From a virus (lineage: Duplodnaviria; Caudoviricetes), in the IMG/VR virus record IMGVR_UViG_3300045120_000341, positions 1 through 61,859 of that record: a stretch of DNA of 61,859 nucleotides. One strand, given 5' to 3'. Positions within the stretch are counted from its first letter, which is position 1, and each line of letters opens with the position of its first letter. Shown here one piece after another: positions 36,857 through 46,203 of this stretch. The notes beneath the pieces are model-generated. The model ran no database searches and was not told where the DNA came from. It saw only the letters and a program-made list of their open reading frames with translations. Both the position numbers and the translations under genes were made by a program.

Positions 36857-37513
36857 ATGCCGGTGCTTTGCGTCCCCGACGTCGCCCCCGTCTCGCAAGC
36901 CGAACTCGACCATCTCGCCAGTCTCAAGCCAGACAACAAGGCCAGTGGGTACAAGGGCGTCTTCCCGTCGACTCACGCCGACGGATGGCGGGTCCGGGTC
37001 AAGACCGGAGGCGTCCTGCACTCGCTCCCCAGGATCTACCGACACCCGCGTGACGCGGCGAAGGCGATGGTCCGGTTCTACCGGCACAAGTGCGGGCCCG
37101 AATGGACGAAGCTGATCAAGCCCGGGTACAACCCGCCGAAGGAGAGGGGCCCGATTCTGCACCGTCGGGCCGGGTACGGGTTCCTCATCCACGAACAGGC
37201 GCCGGGCGAGTGGGTCATTACGGCGGTCGTGTTCGGCAAGCAGACGATGATCGACAAGCCCGGCCGGCGCGTCTGGTTCCACACTTACAACGCGGCGAAG
37301 ATCTACCTCGGCATGTGGTGCCGGAATCAATTCCCTTTGCTCGGTCTGTTGGTGCTCCTGCCGAACGATCCGGTCGAGGTGGAAGAGCCGACCGAAGAGT
37401 ACCCGTGGCCGCTGGCCGACGAGTGGCGCCGGCAAGCCAAAATCCGTCCGAAGCGTCCGCGGTGGTGCAAAGCCCGGTTTTCTACGCCGCCCTTCCCGGC
37501 GTGCGTGGAATAG
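36857..37513 (+). CDS. AP2-like DNA-binding protein
   Basis: SGYKGV..W.VRV......L.....P.DAAKA; no HNH motif seen. Confidence 0.6.
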   Translation: MPVLCVPDVAPVSQAELDHLASLKPDNKASGYKGVFPSTHADGWRVRVKTGGVLHSLPRIYRHPRDAAKAMVRFYRHKCGPEWTKLIKPGYNPPKERGPILHRRAGYGFLIHEQAPGEWVITAVVFGKQTMIDKPGRRVWFHTYNAAKIYLGMWCRNQFPLLGLLVLLPNDPVEVEEPTEEYPWPLADEWRRQAKIRPKRPRWCKARFSTPPFPACVE

Positions 37514-37514
37514 G

Positions 37515-37537
37515 GTTCCCCCGGTTCCCCCGAAACT
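37515..37537 (+). promoter_or_regulatory. Late promoter motif (fibre/spike operon)
   Basis: GTTCCCCC-N9-GAAACT. Confidence 0.7.
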
Positions 37538-37591
37538 AACGGGAAGTTGGGCGGGTGACAGTGTCCCGAACGTCTCACGCGGGGGTGGTAG

Positions 37592-37768
37592 GTGGTCATC
37601 CTAAGCGGCGGCAATCTGGGCGTTAGCGGCATCGCGACGGGCGGGAGCCTGACGCCGACGCCATCGACGAGTCCGCCGCCACCGCCGACAAGTTTTGTGC
37701 TGATGGAAGACGGTACGTCAAAGGTGCTGATGGAGGACGGGTCGTCGAAGATTCTTCTGGAGGCGTAG
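37592..37768 (+). CDS. 58-aa LMEDG-repeat protein, paralogue of the next gene
   Basis: MVILSGGNLG..VLMEDGTSKVLMEDGSSKILLEA. Confidence 0.65.
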   Translation: MVILSGGNLGVSGIATGGSLTPTPSTSPPPPPTSFVLMEDGTSKVLMEDGSSKILLEA

Positions 37769-37771
37769 CGA

Positions 37772-38032
37772 GTGGGCATCCTGACGGGCGGAAGTTTGGG
37801 TGCCTTCGGACTGCGGACCGGCGGGGGAATGACGCCGCCCCAGTCGTCGGGCGGCGGCGGAGGCGCGGACCGGATTCTGATGGAGGACTCGAGCTTCATT
37901 CTGATGGAAGACGGGTCGTCGAAAATTCTCATGGAAGGCGGCGCGACTCCGGGCGTGTCAAACTTCCAACTGATGACAGGCGATCAGTTGCTGCTGATGA
38001 CGGGCGATAACTTCCTGCTCATGGGACCGTAG
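37772..38032 (+). CDS. LMEDG/LMTGD-repeat protein
   Basis: MGILTGGSLG..ILMEDSSFILMEDGSSKILME..LMTGD x2. Confidence 0.7.
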   Translation: MGILTGGSLGAFGLRTGGGMTPPQSSGGGGGADRILMEDSSFILMEDGSSKILMEGGATPGVSNFQLMTGDQLLLMTGDNFLLMGP

Positions 38033-38035
38033 TGC

Positions 38036-39403
38036 ATGGCCGCCGGCAACGTCACCGATCAGACCGCCATCCCGGCCATCCTGCCGACTGACACACTGTA
38101 CGTCGTTCGTAGTGCTGCCGACCGCAAGACGACTGGCGCTGGCGCCGTACCGGACATCTTCAACGTCAAGGCTTACGGGGCACTCGGCGACGGGACAACG
38201 GACGACGCGGCCAATGTTCAGAGTGCAGTCACGGCGTGTGCCGCGGCCGGGGGCGGTGACGTGTACTTCCCGAAGGGGAGCTACCGGATCGGCACGACGA
38301 TCACAAACGCCACTTCAAACGTCCGCGTGCGCGGGTGTGGGGAGGGTTCGATCCTCCTGCACAACATCACGGCCGGAGACCTGTTCTCGTGGCAACCGTC
38401 CAGTCCACCGGCGAACTCCGACGGCGCCGGACTCGAAGGGATCGTGTTCTCGGACCTTTACATCGAAGGGTACAGCACAACTCAGCACTCCGCCGGCCGG
38501 GCGATTTACGCCACTTACACAAAGGGTATGCGGATCGAGCGGGTTCGCTTCGGGACGCAGCAGGCGACGAGTGGTGCCGGTACGTCCGGGAACCTGCTGC
38601 TGTGGGAAGCCATCGGCCTCGCGTTCCAGTCGGCGTGCTGGATACAGGACTGCCGCATTTTCGCCATCCGCAAGGGGATCACGCTGACGGGACTGGGGTT
38701 CTCGTCCGGCACGCTGGGTCCGAGCGGCTTCCCGTACTACGGCTACGACGGCGTGATCCGCGGCAACATCATTTACAACAAGTGGCTTTCGTCGTCGGTC
38801 GGCGTCCACCTGGCGGGCGGGACGGGCGGCGTGATGATCGACGGGACGGACATCGGAGGGTGGGAGACGGGATTACTGATCGACAAGACGGGGCAGGCGG
38901 AAATCAATCGGGAAGTGTTCCTCGGAGTCGGCTGCTTCCTCGATTCGTCCGGCATCCACGGCTGTAACATCGCGGCGTCGAGCCTCCAGAAGTTCCACGC
39001 CACGGACTTTTGGAGTGCCGGCGGCGGCCACATGTCCACCGGCCACGGCCTCAACATGAACGGCACGCAGGACTCCGACTTCCGGGGCATCATCCACGGC
39101 GGCCGGGTCTACGCGAACTCAGGCGACGGCCTGAACCTCGCCGCGGGTAGGTGGACGGTGACGGGGCTGGACGTCCACACGAACACCGGCGCGGGCATCA
39201 ATATGTCGGGCGGGTCGAGTCTGGGCGACTGCACCATCGTGGGCAACAAGGTCACGGGCAATACCGGGACGGGGATGCTGACGAGCACGGGGCAGAACAA
39301 CTACGTCATCGTGGGCAACACGATTCGCTCGAACACGGCGGCGCAACTGACTGACACGGCGGCGGGCGCGAACAAGGTTGTGGCGAACAACCTGACCGCG
39401 TAG
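38036..39403 (+). CDS. Tailspike / pectate-lyase-like beta-helix
   Basis: FNVKAYGALGDGTTDD..GG.VYFPKGSY; N-terminated beta-helix repeats. Confidence 0.85.
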   Translation: MAAGNVTDQTAIPAILPTDTLYVVRSAADRKTTGAGAVPDIFNVKAYGALGDGTTDDAANVQSAVTACAAAGGGDVYFPKGSYRIGTTITNATSNVRVRGCGEGSILLHNITAGDLFSWQPSSPPANSDGAGLEGIVFSDLYIEGYSTTQHSAGRAIYATYTKGMRIERVRFGTQQATSGAGTSGNLLLWEAIGLAFQSACWIQDCRIFAIRKGITLTGLGFSSGTLGPSGFPYYGYDGVIRGNIIYNKWLSSSVGVHLAGGTGGVMIDGTDIGGWETGLLIDKTGQAEINREVFLGVGCFLDSSGIHGCNIAASSLQKFHATDFWSAGGGHMSTGHGLNMNGTQDSDFRGIIHGGRVYANSGDGLNLAAGRWTVTGLDVHTNTGAGINMSGGSSLGDCTIVGNKVTGNTGTGMLTSTGQNNYVIVGNTIRSNTAAQLTDTAAGANKVVANNLTA

Positions 39404-39413
39404 GAGGTGGCGA

Positions 39414-40292
39414 TTGGCCGATACCAAGGAATCTGCGTTTACGGCCGGCACGCCCGCGCTGGGTCAGACGTTCACGTTCCTGAACGGGACGCCGCTCAAC
39501 CGGTTGGCGACGTTCGCCAACGGCATCGGTATGGCCGACATGCTCGGCACGCTCACGGCCTCGGAAGTCGCGGTCACGGGTGCAGTCACGGCGACGATCT
39601 CCAAGTGGCACGTCTGCACCGGCACGAGCGCGGACTACACGGTGACACTCCCGGCGGCGAGCGGGAACACGGGCAAGTTCATCGGCTTCCGCATGGGGTC
39701 CGCGTCGGCACTCACGAAGATGGTCACCCTCGACGGCAACGCCAGCGAGACCATCGACGGGGCGCTGACGCGGATCATGTGGGCTTATGAAACGTGCGTC
39801 CTCAAGTGCGACGGGTCGAACTGGCACAAGGTCGCGGGCCGGTCGATCCCCATGTCCGCCGAGATGGTCCGGAACACGGCCCAGTCAATCACGACCGCGA
39901 CGGTGACTCAGGTATTACTTAACAACATCATCTTCGACATGTCCGGGCAGTTGGCGGACACCACGAATAACCGCATCAACATCAAGCGGCCCGCCAATTA
40001 TTCCACGGCCGTGAGCTGGTCGCTCAATGCCGCGCTGACGACCGCCCAGCTGGTTCAGGCGCGAACACACGCCGGCACGCCGGGCAGCACGACCGAACGG
40101 AAGACGGCGCTGGTCGGCGGGACCGGCGGACCCACGCCCGCCTACCTGCCGTACATCGGCGCGGTCCTCGCTCTGGTGGCGGGCGATTGCGTCGAGTTCC
40201 ACGTCTACCAGACGTCGGGCGGTTCCGTGAACACCGTGACGACCTCCGGGGCGTGGCCGGTCCTGACCGTGGTCGAAAACCCGGAGTGGTAG
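39414..40292 (+). CDS. Tail fibre-like protein with C1q-like tip
   Basis: TVTLPAA..ETIDG..DGSNW module followed by a C1q-like sandwich. Confidence 0.7.
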   Translation: MADTKESAFTAGTPALGQTFTFLNGTPLNRLATFANGIGMADMLGTLTASEVAVTGAVTATISKWHVCTGTSADYTVTLPAASGNTGKFIGFRMGSASALTKMVTLDGNASETIDGALTRIMWAYETCVLKCDGSNWHKVAGRSIPMSAEMVRNTAQSITTATVTQVLLNNIIFDMSGQLADTTNNRINIKRPANYSTAVSWSLNAALTTAQLVQARTHAGTPGSTTERKTALVGGTGGPTPAYLPYIGAVLALVAGDCVEFHVYQTSGGSVNTVTTSGAWPVLTVVENPEW

Positions 40293-40301
40293 GAGAACGC
40301 C

Positions 40302-41798
40302 GTGGCGAACCCGAATCTAGTGGGCGGAATTGATGTACGCCAGACGGGGACCGCCCTCGTTATCGACGCCTTGTTACAGGACTCGTCGGGCGTCATCGTC
40401 ACCACGGGCACGACCACGGCCAAGCTGTACGAGGTGCAGTCTGATGGGACGCTGAAGAGTTTCGATTGGAGCGATTTTACTTTTAAGACGACGACCCTGA
40501 CCACCGAGACGCAGGCCCTGACGGTCCGTACGGGCAACAACGGGGCGACGAATACCGGCTACTGGTCCTTCGCCCTGACGACGCTCACCGGGTTCACCGT
40601 CAAGGCGACCTACCTCATACTCGTGGCCAATTCGGGAGCGTTCCCGCCGACGCAGATGCGCAAGTTCCAGTACGGCTCGGCGGAAGGCGACTTGGCGACC
40701 ACGGCGGTGTCTACGGGCGTGGCGGACATCAAAGCGGATGTAACCCTGCTCCTCGGGAACGTCTCAGGACTAACCGGGCTCTCCGCAATTGGTCTCGATT
40801 ACGGAAATCTCGGTTACTTGTCCGGGCCACCGGGATTCAATCCGCTCCGCACCAACACAGCAACGGCTGGCGGTGCCACCAGCATCACACTAGACGCCGC
40901 CTCCTCGGCCGTGACGGATTTCTATAAGGGTTGTCTGGTCTTCGTCACAAGCGGCACCGGCTCGGGGCAGTACCGGATTATCACGGCTTACAACGGGACG
41001 ACGAAGGTTGCGACCGTCTCTCCGGCGTGGGCGGTGAATCCGGCGAACGGAAGCGGATTTGCCGTCTTGCCTAGCGGCTTGACGGACACGGCATCTATCA
41101 ATGGCGTCTCGACCTCCTCCGTTACCGTGGTTGCGGCCAATCTCGGGACGACTCAGCCGGTGAACTTCACGGGGACTGGGTCCAGTGCGATGGTGAAGTC
41201 CGATATGCAGGTCGCGGGTGGCGATGTCAACTCGGGGATTGGATTGGCGAACCTGGGGAATGACTATTTTGCTGACGGACACGTCAATGCTGACCTGAAT
41301 TTTATTGTCGGCACCGCCCTCACCGAAGGCGTCGCCGGCCAACTCGCGGGCGGGTTCGTCCATTGGTTCGACGTTGCTTCCCCGTCCGGCACGGTCAACA
41401 GCTTGCCGAATGCGCCGCCCGCCCAGTCGAACGGTCTCCTGACGATGGGTATCAACAGCGGGAATATCCAGTTCTCGGGGACGTGGACTCAGGTCGGGAT
41501 TCAGACAATCGGGGCGCTTACTGTCACCGGGGCGGTTACCGCGAGCAATGCCCTGAACGCTATCGCTGTCGGCACGACCGAACGGACCGCGATCGCCGCC
41601 GCGTGGGGCGCGTCGATCATCGGCAACAGCCGGACGCGGGATATGTTCCTGCAAGGGCTGACGAACAAGATCGCTTTCGACGTGCCGGGCATTGGCCAGT
41701 ACACGCTGTTTTCAACCGACGATACGACGCCCTTAAAAATCGGCACGTACACGGCGAGCGTCGGCGCATCGCCCGTGATTGTCCTCGACCCGAGTTAG
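40302..41798 (+). CDS. Virion fibre/structural protein
   Basis: Thr/Gly-rich; DFYKG..GTGSGQYR.I..Y.G.TK.AT module. Confidence 0.65.
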   Translation: MANPNLVGGIDVRQTGTALVIDALLQDSSGVIVTTGTTTAKLYEVQSDGTLKSFDWSDFTFKTTTLTTETQALTVRTGNNGATNTGYWSFALTTLTGFTVKATYLILVANSGAFPPTQMRKFQYGSAEGDLATTAVSTGVADIKADVTLLLGNVSGLTGLSAIGLDYGNLGYLSGPPGFNPLRTNTATAGGATSITLDAASSAVTDFYKGCLVFVTSGTGSGQYRIITAYNGTTKVATVSPAWAVNPANGSGFAVLPSGLTDTASINGVSTSSVTVVAANLGTTQPVNFTGTGSSAMVKSDMQVAGGDVNSGIGLANLGNDYFADGHVNADLNFIVGTALTEGVAGQLAGGFVHWFDVASPSGTVNSLPNAPPAQSNGLLTMGINSGNIQFSGTWTQVGIQTIGALTVTGAVTASNALNAIAVGTTERTAIAAAWGASIIGNSRTRDMFLQGLTNKIAFDVPGIGQYTLFSTDDTTPLKIGTYTASVGASPVIVLDPS

Positions 41799-41805
41799 GT
41801 GACTC

Positions 41806-41943
41806 ATGTTTCGCTGGATGGCTTATCGGCTGCTGTTGATGTTCGGCGGTGGAGGTGGCAGTCCACCGCCCACGAACGCCGTCTGTGCCGACGCCGGTCT
41901 GATAGGCCGTGTCGACGCGACCGCCGGACTCCTGGAGTGTTAG
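41806..41943 (+). CDS. 45-aa hypothetical virion protein
   Basis: RBS AGGTGA; fills the gap between neighbours. Confidence 0.45.
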   Translation: MFRWMAYRLLLMFGGGGGSPPPTNAVCADAGLIGRVDATAGLLEC

Positions 41944-41944
41944 C

Positions 41945-42253
41945 GTGAACCTGTGGATTGGTGCGGACCGGACGGTGTTCTACACGGGTGCCCGCGACGC
42001 CGTGACACAGATCGTATTGGCCACGGGAACGTGTAGTTGGACCCTCAAGGATTCGGGCGGCAACTCGCTCGGGACGGGCGCCATGTCCGACGCCGTGACG
42101 GGCGGCGACTACTACGGAACGATCGATGCCGCGCTGACGACGACACTCACCGAGTTTGCGGCGTACACGGTGGAGATCACGTTCGCGTACATGACTTACA
42201 ACGATTTCCGGGTGCTGGAGTGCATCGCCGTTTACCGGGGGGCGACGTGCTGA
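41945..42253 (+). CDS. Ig-like (BppU-like) structural protein
   Basis: Beta-sandwich pattern G.Y.G.I..Y.VEITF. Confidence 0.55.
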   Translation: MNLWIGADRTVFYTGARDAVTQIVLATGTCSWTLKDSGGNSLGTGAMSDAVTGGDYYGTIDAALTTTLTEFAAYTVEITFAYMTYNDFRVLECIAVYRGATC

Positions 42254-42492
42254 CCGAATACCAGCCAGAGGAAAGATTCACGGTCAAGGACGGGGAACTG
42301 ATTGCCTGTGTGCTCTGCTGGGCGGCGATATTCGTGTTGGTGATGTTGGCGAGCGGTCCTGAACTGCCGGACATGATGACGCTGGCGGAATAGGGGGAGG
42401 ACATGGCCGAGAAAACCGTGGAGCTGTATGGCGGCCCGCGGCTTTGCACGAGAATCGGGGGTTGAACGAAAATCCCCGATCCTGAACGAAAA

Positions 42493-42999
42493 TTACTCTT
42501 TCTTCGGATCGACTTGCTGCGTTGGCTGAGCCTTTGGCTTTTCTCTGACGAGAAAGGGGAAATGCTGCCGCCAAGGCCACTCCTCCTGACCGGCTCTTCT
42601 CAATCTGGCTTCAATGACGTGAGATCCTAGCTCGGTGAATCCGGGCAGATCAACCTCTGGAATATAGAGTCTGTGAAGCTGCTTGTCGCCGAACGAAAAA
42701 GGGAATACGGGCGTGTGAAAGAGGCGTGCTCCATTTGGAGTTTCACAAACAACTTCTGTTTCAAATAGGTCGTCGTCCGCCTCGCCATCCTCTCTCATCC
42801 ACGTAGCTACTAAGCGATATGGATTTGTCTTTCTCACGATAACTGGATTGGGGGTCTGGGAGATATCCTCGCTCTTCCCGGTAATTTCGGCGGCTTTTAA
42901 TACGTCGATTGATTCCAAAATGTCGAACATGCTTACTTTATTTGTGTGCTGGTCAACAGACCCAGATTCTGCGAATAGGACGTAAACAGGGCGGGCCAT
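42493..42999 (-). CDS. DUF6941-like beta-sandwich protein, third gene of the TA operon
   Basis: LFAE..SVD..TNKVS.FDI..E and L..F...G.H.I..L pattern; 1 nt from the antitoxin stop. Confidence 0.6.
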   Translation of the reverse strand: MARPVYVLFAESGSVDQHTNKVSMFDILESIDVLKAAEITGKSEDISQTPNPVIVRKTNPYRLVATWMREDGEADDDLFETEVVCETPNGARLFHTPVFPFSFGDKQLHRLYIPEVDLPGFTELGSHVIEARLRRAGQEEWPWRQHFPFLVREKPKAQPTQQVDPKKE

Positions 43000-43000
43000 A

Positions 43001-43612
43001 TCACAGACCCCCATTTGCGGCGACCAGTAAGATATCCGACGATTCGGGGCCTGGAAATCTTGTGACCTGCGGCATTGCTGGCTGAATCGCGATACTAGAC
43101 GCTCCTGTGAGCGTGTATGTCGGCTGATCTACGTTTACCGGGTCGAAGATCACAAAGGCGCTCGTCATTGTCTTCTCAGGCTGCTCGGTCGCGCCAAGAG
43201 GATTGGCTAGGAATCTTCTAAACTCCGGCACTCGGAAGAACGCTCGAAGCATCCGATCCAAGTGCAGTTGCTGAATCTGCTTTCCGGTCTCCCATCGAGA
43301 GATAGTTTCGGATGCAATCCCAAGATCTCTTGCAAGCTTCTCTTGCGTAAGACCAAGAGCATCCCGCCCATTGCGGATCTCGCTAGGCAACAGCAGACCA
43401 ACAACGATCCTAAATTCGCGATAAACTCGCGTCATTGACTCATCGGGTACAACAAGCGCACCGCAACTTTGGCACTTGAGAACCGACAAGTCCTTGACTT
43501 CAACAGGATAAGACTTGCCGTCATGCTCCATCTCAGTGCGATAGTCAATTACGACAGGATTTAGAGCCTGCTGACCGCATTGACGGCATTTGCGTGGGAA
43601 AGGTTTAGCCAC
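43001..43612 (-). CDS. mqsA: MqsA-like antitoxin (Zn ribbon + XRE HTH) with C-terminal extension
   Basis: CRQC..CQSC, LLLPSEIR..R..LGLTQ..LA..LG....ISRWETG..Q; about 65 aa extra tail. Confidence 0.85.
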   Translation of the reverse strand: MAKPFPRKCRQCGQQALNPVVIDYRTEMEHDGKSYPVEVKDLSVLKCQSCGALVVPDESMTRVYREFRIVVGLLLPSEIRNGRDALGLTQEKLARDLGIASETISRWETGKQIQQLHLDRMLRAFFRVPEFRRFLANPLGATEQPEKTMTSAFVIFDPVNVDQPTYTLTGASSIAIQPAMPQVTRFPGPESSDILLVAANGGL

Positions 43613-43634
43613 CGTTATGTCCTTTTATTGCTCA

Positions 43635-44018
43635 TCAAGGGATATGAGGGTGAGCATTTAAAAGGCTTACTTCAGGCTCGTCTTCATCCGGGTTAGAAAT
43701 CTCCATGTAAACGTAGAGGCCGTCCCTGAACTCTCTCAGACCGGTAATAGTGATGTCGTAGTGCTTGTGCCTCTTATCTCGCCAGTTAGGTCGCGTTTCG
43801 TCCACACACTTGATTCTTCCACCGGTGTTTATCCATTCCCTCGCGAGATCGAGTATGAGTCCAGATGTAAAACCTTGATTAGCTGGGTTGGTGGTTACTA
43901 ACTGTGCAGCCTCAGGTGAAACCCAGTCAAAGTCGGTGCGACACCAAGAGGCTGCTGCCTTTACAATCAAGTCCTCCCGGCAATCGGGAGTATCAACCTT
44001 GTCTGTCGAATGAGGCAC
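43635..44018 (-). CDS. MqsR/RelE-like toxin
   Basis: Directly upstream of the MqsA-like gene; C-terminal LYVY....V.LLNAH. Confidence 0.6.
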   Translation of the reverse strand: MPHSTDKVDTPDCREDLIVKAAASWCRTDFDWVSPEAAQLVTTNPANQGFTSGLILDLAREWINTGGRIKCVDETRPNWRDKRHKHYDITITGLREFRDGLYVYMEISNPDEDEPEVSLLNAHPHIP

Positions 44019-44182
44019 CCGAACATCCTAAATAATACCCACAAACTGACTTACGTCAAGACGTCTAGATTGAATGGCACAAGTTGTCTGAGCATAGGGT
44101 TTTATATCAAGCAAAAATAGGCGCGAACCCTTTCTAGATTGCTTGTGTCCGTCTCCGTTCGGTCATTCTGGCGGCAATTAGA

Positions 44183-44401
44183 TTAAGAAGTTATCAGGAA
44201 GGAAACGGGGCGGCCAACGCGCTCTAGTTCTTCGCGCGAGACCCTCCGCAACCGATCCCTGATCCATTCACTCGTCTTCTTGCCATCCATCTCGGCCGCG
44301 CTCTGGAATGCTTCCTTTTCCGCAGAGTTAAGGCGGATTTGAATGGTTTCGAGTTTCTTCGCCGCGGCAGCCTTTCGAGGCCGTCCAATTTTCTTCCTCA
44401 T
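44183..44401 (-). CDS. Ribbon-helix-helix regulator
   Basis: GRP..IQIRLN..EK..F..AA...G...SEWIR; divergent from the transposase. Confidence 0.8.
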   Translation of the reverse strand: MRKKIGRPRKAAAAKKLETIQIRLNSAEKEAFQSAAEMDGKKTSEWIRDRLRRVSREELERVGRPVSFLITS

Positions 44402-44407
44402 AACGGG

Positions 44408-44478
44408 AGGATACCCGTGAAATATTTTCCGTCAAGACAAAAACCATACTTGACAGTGCGAGTTATTGTCATTACATT
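44408..44478. promoter_or_regulatory. Divergent sigma70-type promoters for the RHH gene and transposase
   Basis: Plus strand TTGACA(44450)-17-TACATT; minus strand TTGACG(44435)-16-TATCCT, 6 nt before the RHH ATG. Confidence 0.65.
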
Positions 44479-44501
44479 AAACGTACCTAAAGAGGTACGC
44501 A

Positions 44502-45746
44502 ATGAACACCCGAGAAGAACGCGGAATCGTGATCGCGGCACTGTCCAAGCTGACTTTCCAGAACGGGACCTGGGTCGTGCCGAGTCAGTCGGGCGACAAG
44601 AAGTACGTTGTTGATCCGGGGAAGAAAACCTGCACCTGTCCGGACCACAAGGAAACAGGGTTTGTTTGCAAGCATCAATTTGCGGTTCAGTTCGTACTGA
44701 AACGCGAAGAGTCATCGGATGGCACTGTGAGAGAACAGCGGACGTTCACCTTCACTGAGAAGAAGGTCTATAAGCGGAACTGGTCGGCCTACAACGAAGG
44801 CCAAGCCACTGAGAAAGCGCGCTTTCAAGAATTGCTATGCGATCTCTGCCGGGGCGTTGAGGAACCGGCCCCGAAGAACGACAGACCCCGCCGCCCTCCG
44901 ATACCGCTGGCCGACCGCGTGTTCGGCGTTACGTTCAAAGCGTATTCGACCCTCAGTTCCCGCCGGTTCGCCACCGACCTGAACGAAGCCCATGACAAAG
45001 GCTATCTGTCGCGGCCGATGCACTACAGCAACCTGAACGCCTTCCTAGAAAAAGAAGACATTACTCCGGTTCTGAAATCGCTGATCGCCCGGAGTGCGGC
45101 CCCGCTCCGTTCGCTCGAATCGACTTTCGCCGTCGATAGTTCCGGCTTCACGGCTTCCAAGTTCGTCCGCTGGTACGACATGAAGTACGGCCGGGACCGG
45201 ACCGAACACGATTGGGTTAAGGTCCACGTCGCCACCGGGACGAAGACGAACATTGTGACCGCCGCAGCGATCTACGGCCGGGACGCGGCCGACGCCCCGA
45301 TCCTGCCGGAACTGGTGAACGAGACGAACAAAACGTTTGCGATGACCGAAGTGTCCGCAGACAAGGGATACCTGTCAGTCGAGAACGTGGAAACGATCTT
45401 CGCCGTGGGCGCTACGCCGTTCATTGCTTTCAAATCGAACAGCACCGGGGCGTCGGGCGGTTTGTTCCAGAAGATGTTCCACTACTACCAGTTCAACCAG
45501 AAGGAGTACATGGACCGTTATCACAAGCGGTCGAACGTCGAAAGCACGTTCTCGATGGTCAAACGGAAATTCGGCGACTCGCTTCGGGCGAAGACGAAAA
45601 CTGCGATGGTTAATGAAGTGTACTGCAAGCTGCTTGCACACAACCTCTGCCAAGTCATCCAGAGCCAAACCGAACTCGGGATCGAATCAGTTTTCTGGCC
45701 GGAAGCGTCTGGACCGGCTCGGCAACTCAGCCTTCACCATGCCTAG
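44502..45746 (+). CDS. tnp: SWIM Zn finger + DDE transposase (IS5/IS4-like)
   Basis: CTCPD..CKH SWIM; AVDSSG, KVH, ADKGY, YHKRSNVE. Confidence 0.9.
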   Translation: MNTREERGIVIAALSKLTFQNGTWVVPSQSGDKKYVVDPGKKTCTCPDHKETGFVCKHQFAVQFVLKREESSDGTVREQRTFTFTEKKVYKRNWSAYNEGQATEKARFQELLCDLCRGVEEPAPKNDRPRRPPIPLADRVFGVTFKAYSTLSSRRFATDLNEAHDKGYLSRPMHYSNLNAFLEKEDITPVLKSLIARSAAPLRSLESTFAVDSSGFTASKFVRWYDMKYGRDRTEHDWVKVHVATGTKTNIVTAAAIYGRDAADAPILPELVNETNKTFAMTEVSADKGYLSVENVETIFAVGATPFIAFKSNSTGASGGLFQKMFHYYQFNQKEYMDRYHKRSNVESTFSMVKRKFGDSLRAKTKTAMVNEVYCKLLAHNLCQVIQSQTELGIESVFWPEASGPARQLSLHHA

Positions 45747-45928
45747 CTTGCATAGATGGATGTGCAGGTATAAAACAAAGGGGACCGGCTCCGCCAAGAG
45801 TACCGGTCCCCTGAATGCGAGTGATGCTGAACGCGGTAATTTTACCGCTCCGTACCCGGTGCGTCAACGCCCCGGTGGCCGGGCATGCCTCGCGTTGGAC
45901 CCTTTCTGGTTCAAGGAGGTATTGCTCA

Positions 45929-46192
45929 ATGTCTGACAAAGCAGGGGAGAACGCCCCATCGACACCGCCTCCAACGCCAATCTCAGTGCCGCCACCAGTA
46001 CCGCACCCGACTCCAACGGAACAGCGCCCACTGAGGGAACACTTCCAAGCCGAACACCCACCGTTACCGTTTCAGGTGGACCCTGCTCAAATCATCCCGA
46101 TCACTCCAGTGGACCCGATAGGGCCAGTAAGGAAATCAGGCACGAGCCCACCACCTCCGGACATGCCACCGATAGGGAAGAAGAGGTTCTGA
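45929..46192 (+). CDS. Proline-rich small protein
   Basis: RBS AAGGAGGT before the ATG; Pro-rich and likely disordered. Confidence 0.55.
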   Translation: MSDKAGENAPSTPPPTPISVPPPVPHPTPTEQRPLREHFQAEHPPLPFQVDPAQIIPITPVDPIGPVRKSGTSPPPPDMPPIGKKRF

Positions 46193-46203
46193 ACCTTGCG
46201 CAT

